DNA of 47,771 bases from an uncultured Thermotogae bacterium (GTDB lineage: Bacteria > Bipolaricaulota > Bipolaricaulia > UBA7950 > UBA9294), in NCBI GenBank assembly GCA_964582975.1, contig CAZOUO010000002.1, positions 1 to 47,771 of the forward strand. The letters run 5' to 3'. Both the position numbers and the translations under genes were made by a program. Positions within the stretch are counted from its first letter, which is position 1. Every line of letters begins with the position of its first letter. The notes under the pieces are model-generated. The model made no database searches. It saw only the letters and a program-made list of their open reading frames with translations, and was not told where the DNA came from. This document shows, piece after piece, positions 33,338 through 42,538 of the stretch.

Positions 33338-34357
33338 TTATTTAGTTAATCTAGTGTAGACGGCTATTCCTGTGGAGATTGACTCCTCGATAGCGTTCGC
33401 CAGCTTCAACGAGTGAAGGCCTTCTTGCACCGGAATCGGCGATGGCCGATCGTGGAGCACACAATTGATAAACGCGATGAGTTCCTCACGCAGGTCCCCG
33501 CGGACTTCCCCACCGAAACCTGGCGCGTGATGAACGTCGGGGGCATTAATCCCCCTCGCCGACGTCAACAGCACTGCCTGTTCGTGATAGACCCCGACGT
33601 ACGCAGAGCCTTGGGTACCCACGACCTCCATACGAGCATCGAGGCGTGTCGTGGACCGATCAGGCAGGACCCAGGAATAATTAACGCTGGCGAAGGCACC
33701 GTCCTCAAACGTGATCAAGGCCGACGCCGCATCTGTCATTTGCTTGACCTTAAGAAGCTTACTTACCGCAACCGCAAAGACCTTCGAAGGCTGCGTTTGC
33801 ATGAACCAGGCGATCAAATCCAGATCGTGCACTGCGACGTGCGTGGTGAGTGAGGTCCCCGCCTTATAACGTTTCGGCCCCTCTGTATGCGGGCTGTTTC
33901 GATGCGACACGATATACACGATCTCGCCAAGATCTCCCCGCTCTATCGCTTCTTTTACAGCTAGGTATCGGGGATCAAACCGCAGCAGGTACGCAACCAT
34001 CGCTTTCACCGATGACCGGTCCAGTGCCGACACGATCTCCTCCGCTTCCTGCAGCTCCGTCGCCAATGGCTTCTCAAGCATGATGTGCTTGCCCGCATCG
34101 ATCGCAGCCAGTACAGGCTCCTTGTGAGCTTCGTCCGGGGTGCAGATGCTTACCGCATCCAAATCCGCGCGAGCAAGCAACTCTTGATAGTCTTCGTATA
34201 CATCCTCAACGCCAAGATTCCCCGCCACTTGACGACACGCGTCGATCCTCGGATCGGCAAGCCCGACGAGTTCCGCTTGTGGAAGACGCGCATACACCTC
34301 GGCGTGCTTCGCCCCCATCTGCCCTACACCGATGACGCCAACCTTTAACTGCCTCAT
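33338..34357 (-). CDS. Gfo/Idh/MocA family oxidoreductase
   Basis: The N-terminus is the Rossmann motif LKVGVIGVGQMGAKHAE, followed by the EKPLA motif (MLEKPLATE). The product is 339 aa. Confidence 0.88.
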   Translation of the reverse strand: MRQLKVGVIGVGQMGAKHAEVYARLPQAELVGLADPRIDACRQVAGNLGVEDVYEDYQELLARADLDAVSICTPDEAHKEPVLAAIDAGKHIMLEKPLATELQEAEEIVSALDRSSVKAMVAYLLRFDPRYLAVKEAIERGDLGEIVYIVSHRNSPHTEGPKRYKAGTSLTTHVAVHDLDLIAWFMQTQPSKVFAVAVSKLLKVKQMTDAASALITFEDGAFASVNYSWVLPDRSTTRLDARMEVVGTQGSAYVGVYHEQAVLLTSARGINAPDVHHAPGFGGEVRGDLREELIAFINCVLHDRPSPIPVQEGLHSLKLANAIEESISTGIAVYTRLTK

Positions 34358-34366
34358 CTAGTTCTC

Positions 34367-35125
34367 CTAACGCTTCAACGCTACCACGAAGCGATATCGA
34401 TCCCCTCGGAACGTGGAGCGCACAAACTCGACAGGCTCCCCCTTTCGCAGGAACGTTAATCGTTCAAGCGCAAGCACCGGCGAATAGCGACTAACGTTGA
34501 GCATCTCCGCTTCGTACTCGTCGGCTGGCTTCGCCTCAATTGCCTGCTCGGCGTGACCGATCTCGAGCCCGTAGATCACCTCCAGGGTCCGGTAGAGAGA
34601 GCCATCTACTAGCTCCTGGTCCACCAAATCGGGGGCGAGCACGTGACGAACGAATGTCGCCTGGATCGCAGCAGGCTGATCTTCAATCAGTCTAATCCGA
34701 TCCAGCCGCACAAACTTGTCTTCGTCGCCGATGCCCATCCGCTTCACGACATCACGATCGTTGACTACTGTACGGTTGAGGATGATCGAAGTGGTAGCCA
34801 GGTTGCGCAACTTCATGTCCTCTGTGAAGCTTGTCAGGCGTCCCAGTTGATGTTCCAGCCTTGGCCTAGCGACAAACGACCCGCGACCCTGCTCACGATA
34901 CAGGTAGCCCTCCTCCACGAGCTCGCTGAGGGCTCGACGTATCGTCATTCGACTCACTTTGAAGGCATTCTCCAGATCTCTCTCAGGCGGAAATTGCTGC
35001 TGGGTTGAAAATGCTCCCGATGAGATCCACGACTGCATGACTTCTTTCACTTGATGATAAAGAGGAACACGACTCCGTCGATCAACGGCTGCAAGTCTTA
35101 AAACGTCACTAGGTGGTATATACAT
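34367..35125 (-). CDS. GntR family transcriptional regulator (HutC/NagR-like, UTRA effector domain)
   Basis: The HTH reads PPERDLENAFKVSRMTIRRALSELVEEGYLYREQGRGSFV, followed by a UTRA-type C-domain. It is the first gene of the amino-sugar operon. Confidence 0.88.
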   Translation of the reverse strand: MYIPPSDVLRLAAVDRRSRVPLYHQVKEVMQSWISSGAFSTQQQFPPERDLENAFKVSRMTIRRALSELVEEGYLYREQGRGSFVARPRLEHQLGRLTSFTEDMKLRNLATTSIILNRTVVNDRDVVKRMGIGDEDKFVRLDRIRLIEDQPAAIQATFVRHVLAPDLVDQELVDGSLYRTLEVIYGLEIGHAEQAIEAKPADEYEAEMLNVSRYSPVLALERLTFLRKGEPVEFVRSTFRGDRYRFVVALKR

Positions 35126-35686
35126 TAGACCATCTGTATGTTAGCATGGCTACTGCTAACCGTCAACCATGCGCTGACGTGCCCCCTCTGAAATCGGCCC
35201 AAGCGTAGCGCTAGTATTTCGTCGATCGGGGAAGAAGGAGAGAGATAGGAAGAGAAGCCTGCCTTCCAGAGGTGACGAGCGATGATCGAACTTCCTCCAC
35301 ACTGGGCCACTCGATGGTTCCGAAGCTGTCCCCTAGGAGGTACCAGACAACTCCTGATTCGAACTAACTTCTATTCCCCTCTTCTCTTCCGAAGTCGTGG
35401 TCTATGTTTTAAGACCGCGTTCGAACGTGACCGAGAAGGTCTTAGCTACGGTGAAGTCAGGCGTACAAGGTTTTTCGACTTTCTTCTGCCTGAAGACCGC
35501 CGGGCAGATTACGCAAGCAAGTTGCTCTCGATCTTCTCGCCACGACACAGGTCGTCCTGACACACGCCAGTAGCCCCGGACTACATATTTCTGTGCTGTT
35601 GAATTAAAATTTATAACACATTAACAAACATCGAACTTGCTTAACGTCCCTTCTGGAACGAGCCGTTTGAAAGGAATTTCGCAAAC

Positions 35687-35715
35687 TTGACGTAGCTCTT
35701 AAGCCGTGCTATAAA
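35687..35715 (+). promoter_or_regulatory. candidate sigma70 promoter of the Liv-type operon (TTGACG-N17-TATAAA)
   Basis: TTGACG lies at 35687..35692, with an exact 17-nt spacer and TATAAA at 35710..35715. It is about 155 nt upstream of the binding-protein ATG. Confidence 0.45.
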
Positions 35716-35731
35716 GGGTTGCGCAGATTGT

Positions 35732-35766
35732 CGATTCGATGTTCATAATAATGAACAAACGAATCG
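35732..35766 (+). promoter_or_regulatory. interrupted 13-bp hairpin or palindrome in the predicted leader
   Basis: The sequence CGATTCG-at-GTTCAT-aata-ATGAAC-aaa-CGAATCG begins about 17 nt after the -10 box. Confidence 0.35.
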
Positions 35767-35870
35767 CGGGAGTCAGAGAAGGGAGGTGAAGCGAGAGAAC
35801 ATATACCAGGAAGCTAGGAGGGAAAAAGGTTGGAGTTAGATTCTTAAAACAAAGATTCAAGGGGGTAGCG

Positions 35871-36995
35871 ATGAAAAGATACGTATATGCGATGGCAATC
35901 GCCGTCCTGCTGGGTTGTCTTGTCGGCGCTTTCTCGATGGCTGAAGAACCCATATACATAGGGCTTCTGGCCCCCATCACCGGAACTCAGGCAGTGATGG
36001 GGGAGGACCTGCTAGCTGGCGCCCAGATGGCGGTGGAGGAGACAAACGCGGCAGGCGGAGTGTTGGGGAGACCTCTGGAACTCATTGTCGAGGACACCGA
36101 AACCCGACCAGCACCAGGGATGGATGCGGCGCGGAAACTAGTAGAGGTAGACAAGGTTACTATTCTAACCGGTGGCTTCTCAAGTGGTGTATCCTTGCCA
36201 ATTACGGAGTATTGCCAAGAACAAGGGATTCTCTATCTCCTGGCCGTTCCCACGTCGCCACTATTCCGCGACGTTGGCCCATTCTGCATGAGCGTCACCG
36301 TAGTGGACACTTTTAAGGGCAAAGCAATAGCCGACTTTGCCGTTGAAGATTCGGGCAAGACGAAATACGCGTTGATATTCATGAACAACGCATTTGGGCA
36401 AGCGCTAAAAGAGGTGACGATTGATCGGCTTGAGGAGCTAGGGGCTGAAATCCTCACCGAGGTCAATTACGAGTTGGACAAAGTTGACTACAAGGCAGAA
36501 CTGCAGCGACTATTCGCAAACAAACCGGAAGCAGTCATTGGCACCTGGTACGCAAAAGAGGGCCTTGTAACCGCTAAGCAAGCCTACGAAATGGGATTGC
36601 TCGATGTGGAAAAGGTGCCGTGGTACGTCCCCGAAGTGACAACAAGCTTTGCTGAAGCAATCCAATCAATACCCACCGCCCTTGAGGGGATAAAGGGACT
36701 TGACCCACTTGAGCCCAAGGAACTCTTTACGGAGAAGTTCGTCGCCAAGATGGGCCGGGAGCCGATCACGGCCTTTGCAGCTCAGAACTACGATGCCGTA
36801 AGGATGATCGCTATGGCGATAAACTTCGCTCAAACCACAGACCCTGCTGCTGTACGAGATACCCTGTTCGTCATCGATGACTGGTACCGAGGTGTGTCGT
36901 ACGGAGGGGACAAGCGGTTCGATAAGGACGGGATGCAAGATCACGCAGACTTCCGGAAAGTGATCATCCAAAATGGGGAGCTGGTTGACTATTAA
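35871..36995 (+). CDS. ABC transporter substrate-binding protein (LivK/LivJ-like, type I PBP)
   Basis: The 374-aa product has a signal peptide, then EPIYIGLLAPITGTQAVMGEDLLAGAQMAVEETNAAGGVLGRPLELIVEDT, which is typical of branched-chain amino acid or amide binding proteins. Confidence 0.88.
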   Translation: MKRYVYAMAIAVLLGCLVGAFSMAEEPIYIGLLAPITGTQAVMGEDLLAGAQMAVEETNAAGGVLGRPLELIVEDTETRPAPGMDAARKLVEVDKVTILTGGFSSGVSLPITEYCQEQGILYLLAVPTSPLFRDVGPFCMSVTVVDTFKGKAIADFAVEDSGKTKYALIFMNNAFGQALKEVTIDRLEELGAEILTEVNYELDKVDYKAELQRLFANKPEAVIGTWYAKEGLVTAKQAYEMGLLDVEKVPWYVPEVTTSFAEAIQSIPTALEGIKGLDPLEPKELFTEKFVAKMGREPITAFAAQNYDAVRMIAMAINFAQTTDPAAVRDTLFVIDDWYRGVSYGGDKRFDKDGMQDHADFRKVIIQNGELVDY

Positions 36996-37054
36996 TAGTT
37001 TCTAATAAGATTAACCATTTCCTGAATGACACTTGACGAAGCATGGAGTGTGTG

Positions 37055-37101
37055 GCAGATCCCACCAATCTTTTCATCGGTTGGTGGGATCTGCTTTGGT
37101 T
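37055..37101 (+). terminator. intrinsic terminator or attenuator-like hairpin between the binding-protein and permease genes
   Basis: A perfect 14-bp stem GCAGATCCCACCAA / TTGGTGGGATCTGC closes a 12-nt loop and is followed by TTTGGTTG. Confidence 0.6.
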
Positions 37102-37172
37102 GCTCCGCCGGTTGTCCTTTTCCTCTCCAGACTCCGGTTGACTCGTTTTCAGGAGCTAGAGAATATTGAGCC

Positions 37173-38087
37173 ATGGATTTCCCCCAAATCATCGCCAACA
37201 GTCTAGTGAGAGCCGCCGAACTGAGCCTGTTAGCTATTGGGCTTACGATGGTTTACGATATCCTGAAATTTGCTAATTTTGCCCACGCTGATTATGCCAT
37301 TTTAGGGGCCTTTCTGGCGTACACCTTCAACCAGACACTTGGGCTCAACTTATTCCTTTCGATCCTTCTTGCAGCACTTGCTACCGGCCTGATTGCTATC
37401 GCGATCGACAAAGCTGTTTTCAAAACCTTGCGCAGGCGAGAGGCGAAATCTGTTACGTTGATGATCACCTCGCTCGGCATTGCGATCGCTTTGAGAAATA
37501 TCTTGCGACTCATATGGACCAGCAAGCCGAAAACCTATGCGATACCGCTACAAAAGCCGTTTGAGATACTTGGCGCAAGAATTACCCCCACCCAGATAGG
37601 CATCGTGGCAACGGGTCTTGTCTTCATGATCAGCCTTCATCTACTACTCCACCGAACAACGCTCGGCAAGGCACTACGAGCGATCTCTGACAATAGAGTA
37701 TTGGCCAGCGCTTGTGCGATTGACTCCGAAAGGATGATCCAATGGATGTGGTTCATAGCCGCTGCTTTTGGAGTAATTGGGGGAACCATGATCGCGATGG
37801 AGCACCTCCTTTATCCCAGATTGGGGTTTGACATTCTGATCCCAATCTTTTGTGTTGCGATACTTGGAGGTATTGGCAATCCGTACGGAGCGATGTTGGG
37901 GGCGCTAATCCTGGCGCTGGCTGAAAATGTTATCCTGGCGCTTGACTTTGGGTATATCATAAGCTTGGGCGGATTGTTCAAAGTTGGTTCGCTTCAAATC
38001 AACACCGGTTACAAGGCAGCGATCAGCTTTGTAATCCTGATCATTGTCTTACTCTTCAGGCCAACAGGAATCTTGGGAAGGAGATAA
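37173..38087 (+). CDS. livH: branched-chain amino acid ABC transporter permease (LivH-like)
   Basis: The 304-aa product has LivH-type motifs FAHADYAILGAF and ILGGIGNPYGAMLGAL. Confidence 0.88.
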   Translation: MDFPQIIANSLVRAAELSLLAIGLTMVYDILKFANFAHADYAILGAFLAYTFNQTLGLNLFLSILLAALATGLIAIAIDKAVFKTLRRREAKSVTLMITSLGIAIALRNILRLIWTSKPKTYAIPLQKPFEILGARITPTQIGIVATGLVFMISLHLLLHRTTLGKALRAISDNRVLASACAIDSERMIQWMWFIAAAFGVIGGTMIAMEHLLYPRLGFDILIPIFCVAILGGIGNPYGAMLGALILALAENVILALDFGYIISLGGLFKVGSLQINTGYKAAISFVILIIVLLFRPTGILGRR

Positions 38088-38088
38088 G

Positions 38089-39015
38089 ATGACGGTAGTT
38101 AATTTTCTCATCTATCTTCTAATCATGATCGGCATCTACGCGTTACTTGCTCTGAGCCTGAACTTTCAAGTTGGTTTTACGGGCCTGATCAATTTTGGCC
38201 AAGTTGCCTTCTTCGCTATCGGCGCCTACACATCGTGCCTTTTGGTTTGCAAAGCGGGAGTCCCTATCGTACTGGGCTTTCTGTGCGGGATGATCTTAAG
38301 CGGATTGTTCGGATACCTGATCAGTATCCCAACAAGATCTTTAAAGGCGGATTATTGGGCCATCGTAACCCTCGCTGGCGGAGAGGTCGTTAGGCTCATT
38401 GCCGTGAACGAAGGGTGGCTCACTGAGGGTTCCTTCGGAGTGATGCGCATCCCGCAGCCGTTAAAACACCTCCTTTCGAAGGGCACATATCCGCTTTTTT
38501 ACCTTGTTCTAGTGGCTGCCTGCGTGGTGTTTATGTACGTTGTCCTGCGATTGCTAATCCACTCCCCCTTTGGAAGAAATCTCAAAGCAATTAGAGATTC
38601 AGAGGAACTCTGTTTGAGTTTAGGAAAAAACACCCGGAAACTAAAGATGGAAGCGATGATTGTGGCGGGAGCAATCGCCGGGTTGGCTGGAGCCCTTTTT
38701 GCCCATTACATCACCTACATTTCTCCGGAGAATTTCCAACCCATCGAAACGTTTCTCATGTGGGCGATGATCATCGTGGGTGGCAGAGGAAACCACGCGG
38801 GGGCCATCCTGGGGGCTGTCGTCATCCAGGTGTTCAACGTGTCTACCAGATTTATCGTGAGATATGTACCCCTCGGGCCCGACTTTGTTGCACCGTTGAG
38901 GATGGTTATTATTGGGCTTCTAATCGTAGCATTTCTGCTATTCAAGCCCGACGGTCTTGTCAAAGAGAAAAAGAAGATCTACGAGCTAAAGGACAATCAA
39001 GCTAGGGAGCACTGA
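38089..39015 (+). CDS. livM: branched-chain amino acid ABC transporter permease (LivM-like)
   Basis: ATG 38089 lies 1 nt after the livH stop and behind GGAAGGAG. The product contains GLINFGQVAFFAIGAY and VGGRGNHAGAILGA. Confidence 0.88.
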   Translation: MTVVNFLIYLLIMIGIYALLALSLNFQVGFTGLINFGQVAFFAIGAYTSCLLVCKAGVPIVLGFLCGMILSGLFGYLISIPTRSLKADYWAIVTLAGGEVVRLIAVNEGWLTEGSFGVMRIPQPLKHLLSKGTYPLFYLVLVAACVVFMYVVLRLLIHSPFGRNLKAIRDSEELCLSLGKNTRKLKMEAMIVAGAIAGLAGALFAHYITYISPENFQPIETFLMWAMIIVGGRGNHAGAILGAVVIQVFNVSTRFIVRYVPLGPDFVAPLRMVIIGLLIVAFLLFKPDGLVKEKKKIYELKDNQAREH

Positions 39016-39021
39016 ACAAGC

Positions 39022-39777
39022 ATGCTAGACATCAAAAATCTCCAAAAGAACTTCGGCAACCTTCGAGCACTAGATGGCGTGTCGCTAAGTGTCGGAAGTG
39101 AGTCTATCACTGGACTGATCGGGCCAAACGGGTCTGGCAAAACTACCTTATTCAATGTTGTCTCGGGGTTCTATCCAAAGGACGGAGGAGAGATCTTTTT
39201 CAAAGGTGAAAGGATAGATGGCCTAACGCCAGATGAGATAGCCAAAAGAGGACTGTGCCGAACGTTCCAAATCGCCATGGCTCCCGAAAAGCTTACCGTA
39301 TTGGAGAACATGTTGCTCGCTGCAAACGGCCAGAGAGGGGAGAATCCGATCAGTGCCCTGTTCAAACGTCGCTTAGTCTCCAAGCAAGAAAAGGAAAACC
39401 TGGGTAGAGCAACGGAGCTCCTCACGAGGTTACAGCTTGCCCATTTGAGGAATGAATTTGCTGGCAATCTCTCTGGCGGACAGAAGAAACTCCTCTCACT
39501 GGGGAGAATGCTCATGCGAAATCCGGATCTGATATTGCTAGATGAACCTACGGCGGGAGTGAATCCAACGTTAGCCAATGATCTACTAGAAGCAATAAGG
39601 CGACTTCAAAAGGAGCTCCAAAAAGCGTTCTTGATCGTCGAGCATAACATGAAGGTCGTCGCCAACTTATGTGGAAAGGTGTTCGTGTTGAACTTCGGAA
39701 AGGTGCTTGCTGAAGGCACTCCAGAAGAGATTCAACAAAACGAGCAGGTTTTAAAAGCATATTTAGGCGGTACTTAA
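39022..39777 (+). CDS. livG: ABC transporter ATP-binding protein (LivG-like)
   Basis: It has Walker A GPNGSGKTT, signature LSGGQKKLL, Walker B LILLDEP and the LivG-type tail VLKAYLG. Confidence 0.92.
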   Translation: MLDIKNLQKNFGNLRALDGVSLSVGSESITGLIGPNGSGKTTLFNVVSGFYPKDGGEIFFKGERIDGLTPDEIAKRGLCRTFQIAMAPEKLTVLENMLLAANGQRGENPISALFKRRLVSKQEKENLGRATELLTRLQLAHLRNEFAGNLSGGQKKLLSLGRMLMRNPDLILLDEPTAGVNPTLANDLLEAIRRLQKELQKAFLIVEHNMKVVANLCGKVFVLNFGKVLAEGTPEEIQQNEQVLKAYLGGT

Positions 39778-39778
39778 G

Positions 39779-40489
39779 ATGGCTCTATTACAGGTGGATA
39801 GAGTGTTCTCCGGCTACGGAGGCATGGAAGTGTTGCACGGCGTTTCCGCGCACGTTGATGCGCCGGAGATTGTGACCATTATCGGTCCTAATGGTGCTGG
39901 CAAGTCAACGTTGCTCAAAACCATAATGGGTTATCTAACCCCGACAAAGGGCACGATCTTGTTCCAAGAGAAGGACGTGTCCAGGCTGGAGCCAAACAAG
40001 AAGGTAAAGCGCGGTATGGCCTATGTTCCACAGCTGGAAGGGATTTTTTCATCCCTCACCGTTAGAGAGAATCTTGAAATGGGTGGCTACTCCATTGATA
40101 GCAGAAATGTAAGACAAGGGATAGAGAAAGCCTTCGATATGTTTCCCGTGCTGAAAGAGAAAAGGTACAAAAGAGGCCGGACGCTCAGTGGCGGCCAGCG
40201 GCAGATGTTGGCCATGGGAAGAGCTCTAATGACCGAGCCCTGTCTCATATTGCTCGACGAGCCATCGGCTGGTCTTGCACCAAAAGCAGCGGATGCTGTA
40301 TTTGAGCAGATTGGAATCATGCACGAAGCGCGTGGGTCAGCGATCATTATTGTAGAGCAGGATGCTGAACGATCCCTAAGCATATCTGATAGAGGGTATG
40401 TCTTGGCTATGGGACAGAATGAATTCGACGGTTCCGCCGATCAAATCCTGAACAACGACCAAATACGAAAAGCCTATCTGGGTGGATGA
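39779..40489 (+). CDS. livF: ABC transporter ATP-binding protein (LivF-like)
   Basis: It has Walker A GPNGAGKST, signature LSGGQRQML, Walker B LILLDEPS and the tail IRKAYLGG. Confidence 0.92.
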   Translation: MALLQVDRVFSGYGGMEVLHGVSAHVDAPEIVTIIGPNGAGKSTLLKTIMGYLTPTKGTILFQEKDVSRLEPNKKVKRGMAYVPQLEGIFSSLTVRENLEMGGYSIDSRNVRQGIEKAFDMFPVLKEKRYKRGRTLSGGQRQMLAMGRALMTEPCLILLDEPSAGLAPKAADAVFEQIGIMHEARGSAIIIVEQDAERSLSISDRGYVLAMGQNEFDGSADQILNNDQIRKAYLGG

Positions 40490-40635
40490 TTCTACCGGTA
40501 TCCTCCATGCAGAACAGTTGGCATCAACTGAAACGATACGCTATATACTCAGCCGCATCTTGATTTAGACCCCAGTTGCTTGAGGGATGAGGAGGGTCAG
40601 CAAGGCAAACGAGCAGAGAAAGGGGGAATGACTTT

Positions 40636-41514
40636 ATGGGAAAGTTCGTAGGCGTTATCCCGCCGGTTGTAACTGCGTTCGATGCAAACGGGACGCTCAA
40701 TCTTGAAAAGACAAAGGCGTTCATCCGCTACCTAATTAGCAAGGGCGTTCACGGCATCTTCGTCGCGGGAAGCACGGGGGAATACACGCTGCTCTCGCTG
40801 CAGGAACGAAAAGAGCTTTTTGCAGCCGGTGTTGAGGCGGTCAACGGAAAGGTGCCACTTCTGGCCGGCACAGGGCACAACTGCACCCGTATCGCCGTTG
40901 AGTTGTCCCAATCCGCAGAACAAGCGGGGGCCGATGCGGTCGTTGCCTCCCTCCCCCATTATCCCAAGCCCACTGAAGAGGGCTTGTACGAGCATTACAA
41001 ACAGATCGCTAAAGCGGTGTCCATGCCTGTCTTTGTGTACAACTGGCCTGATGCTATGGGTTACAGCATCTCTCCCGAACTTGTCGCGCGGCTTGGAAAC
41101 GAAGGCCTTATCGCCGGAATCAAGGATTCCCATTCAAATCTCGATCACGCCGCGGAGGTCTTCCGCCTAACCCGAGGGAAGATCACCGTGTTCGCAGGAT
41201 GGGCGAGCAAGCTCCTACCGGCACTTGTCCTGGGCCTTCATGGCATCATCGCCACCGCCGCAAACGCGATCGCCGAAGAGGTGGTTGCAATCTATGATCT
41301 CTACCAAGCGGGGGATCTGGAGAAGGCGCGCCAGCTGCACTACAAGATCCAGCCGTTCATCAACGCCATGGAGCTGCACCCGGACGGCATCAAGCAAGCG
41401 GTCAGGCTGCTCGGGCACGATGTCGGGCCGTCGCGGATGCCCATCGAGGAGGTATCCCCAGAGGTCAAGGCAGCCTTGAGAGAGCGCCTGCGCGAATTGG
41501 GAAAACTTCGGTAA
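40636..41514 (+). CDS. dihydrodipicolinate synthase / N-acetylneuraminate lyase family protein
   Basis: The 292-aa product has GVIPPVVTAFDANGTLNLEKTKAFIRYLISKGVHGIFVAGSTGEYTLLS (GSTGE motif) and IAGIKDS with the Schiff-base Lys. Confidence 0.85.
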   Translation: MGKFVGVIPPVVTAFDANGTLNLEKTKAFIRYLISKGVHGIFVAGSTGEYTLLSLQERKELFAAGVEAVNGKVPLLAGTGHNCTRIAVELSQSAEQAGADAVVASLPHYPKPTEEGLYEHYKQIAKAVSMPVFVYNWPDAMGYSISPELVARLGNEGLIAGIKDSHSNLDHAAEVFRLTRGKITVFAGWASKLLPALVLGLHGIIATAANAIAEEVVAIYDLYQAGDLEKARQLHYKIQPFINAMELHPDGIKQAVRLLGHDVGPSRMPIEEVSPEVKAALRERLRELGKLR

Positions 41515-41527
41515 TCGGTTCTGTAAG

Positions 41528-42538
41528 TCACGAAGCGCCCCGTTCGTCCCTTGAATACAGGTGACACCGGACACGGTGCACATCCGACTCCGGAGGAGTC
41601 ATTCTGGGATCACTTTGGGAACAGATATCCATCTTGACCGGACAGCGTGGGTGAAAGCTGCAGCCAGGAGGAACATTCACGGGACTAGGCACTTCCCCGG
41701 TCGATGTCACTTTCTCCGGCTTAAGCGTTTCTTCTTCGTCTGTAACCACTGGGATAGAAGAAAGCAACATCTGGGTATAGGGGTGAAGAGGTTTTGCAAA
41801 GAACTCGGCTGTCGGGGCAATTTCGCAAATCTTCCCGAGGTACATGATAGCGACTTCTGAGGCCACATTTCGCATCAGACTCAGGTCGTGAGTAATGAAC
41901 AGATACGGAAGACTAAATTCGTTGTGCAGAGCTAGCAACAGAGAGATGATCTTCCCTTGCACTGACACGTCCAACGCTGACGTCGGTTCATCCAAAATGA
42001 GAAAAGACGGCTCAGTTGCTAATGCACGTGCAATCGCTACTCTCTGTTTTTGTCCACCGCTCAACGCAGAAGGATACTTCTGCATGTAAACACTCGGCAG
42101 TCCAACTACAGAGAGCAATTCTCTTATTCTGCTTCTTCTCCTCTTTTCTCCGTCTATCTTATGTATTTTTAATGGAAGCTCGAGGGTCTGCTCAATCGTC
42201 CTCCTTGGGTTCAGCGAAGAGCCGGGATCCTGAAAAACGATTTGCATTTCCTTTTTGAATCCCTTCAGTTCTCTCCTGCTTATCCTAGTGATGTCTTTGC
42301 CCAAGAACGAGATCCTCCCAGCCGTGGGCCTGTATATTCGCACCAATGTATAGCCTAGCGTGGATTTTCCCGAACCGGACTCCCCTACAAGACCGAAGAC
42401 ATCTTCTCGATTGATAGAGAAAGTCACTCCGTCTACAGCTTTGATATATTCGCTTTTCCTCCGAAATACCCTTCGCGGAAGAGGGAAGTACTTCCTCACC
42501 TCTTCTAAGACAAGTATGGCCTCATCTGGGGTTTTCAT
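41528..42538 (-). CDS. peptide-type ABC transporter ATP-binding protein (DppF/OppF-like)
   Basis: ATG 42538 forms an ATGA overlap with the upstream stop. It has Walker A GESGSGKST, signature LSGGQKQRV, Walker B LILDEPTSALD and a C-terminal Cys motif PPGCSFHPRCP. Confidence 0.9.
   Translation of the reverse strand: MKTPDEAILVLEEVRKYFPLPRRVFRRKSEYIKAVDGVTFSINREDVFGLVGESGSGKSTLGYTLVRIYRPTAGRISFLGKDITRISRRELKGFKKEMQIVFQDPGSSLNPRRTIEQTLELPLKIHKIDGEKRRRSRIRELLSVVGLPSVYMQKYPSALSGGQKQRVAIARALATEPSFLILDEPTSALDVSVQGKIISLLLALHNEFSLPYLFITHDLSLMRNVASEVAIMYLGKICEIAPTAEFFAKPLHPYTQMLLSSIPVVTDEEETLKPEKVTSTGEVPSPVNVPPGCSFHPRCPVKMDICSQSDPRMTPPESDVHRVRCHLYSRDERGAS

Noticed and set aside
35282-35560. A 92-aa ORF with an SD-like GAGGTG in the 745-nt gap.
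   Set aside because: It resembles nothing I recognise, is Arg/Phe/Ser-rich, and overlaps the polypurine/polypyrimidine tracts and inverted repeats. It is more likely non-coding and is therefore not listed as a feature.
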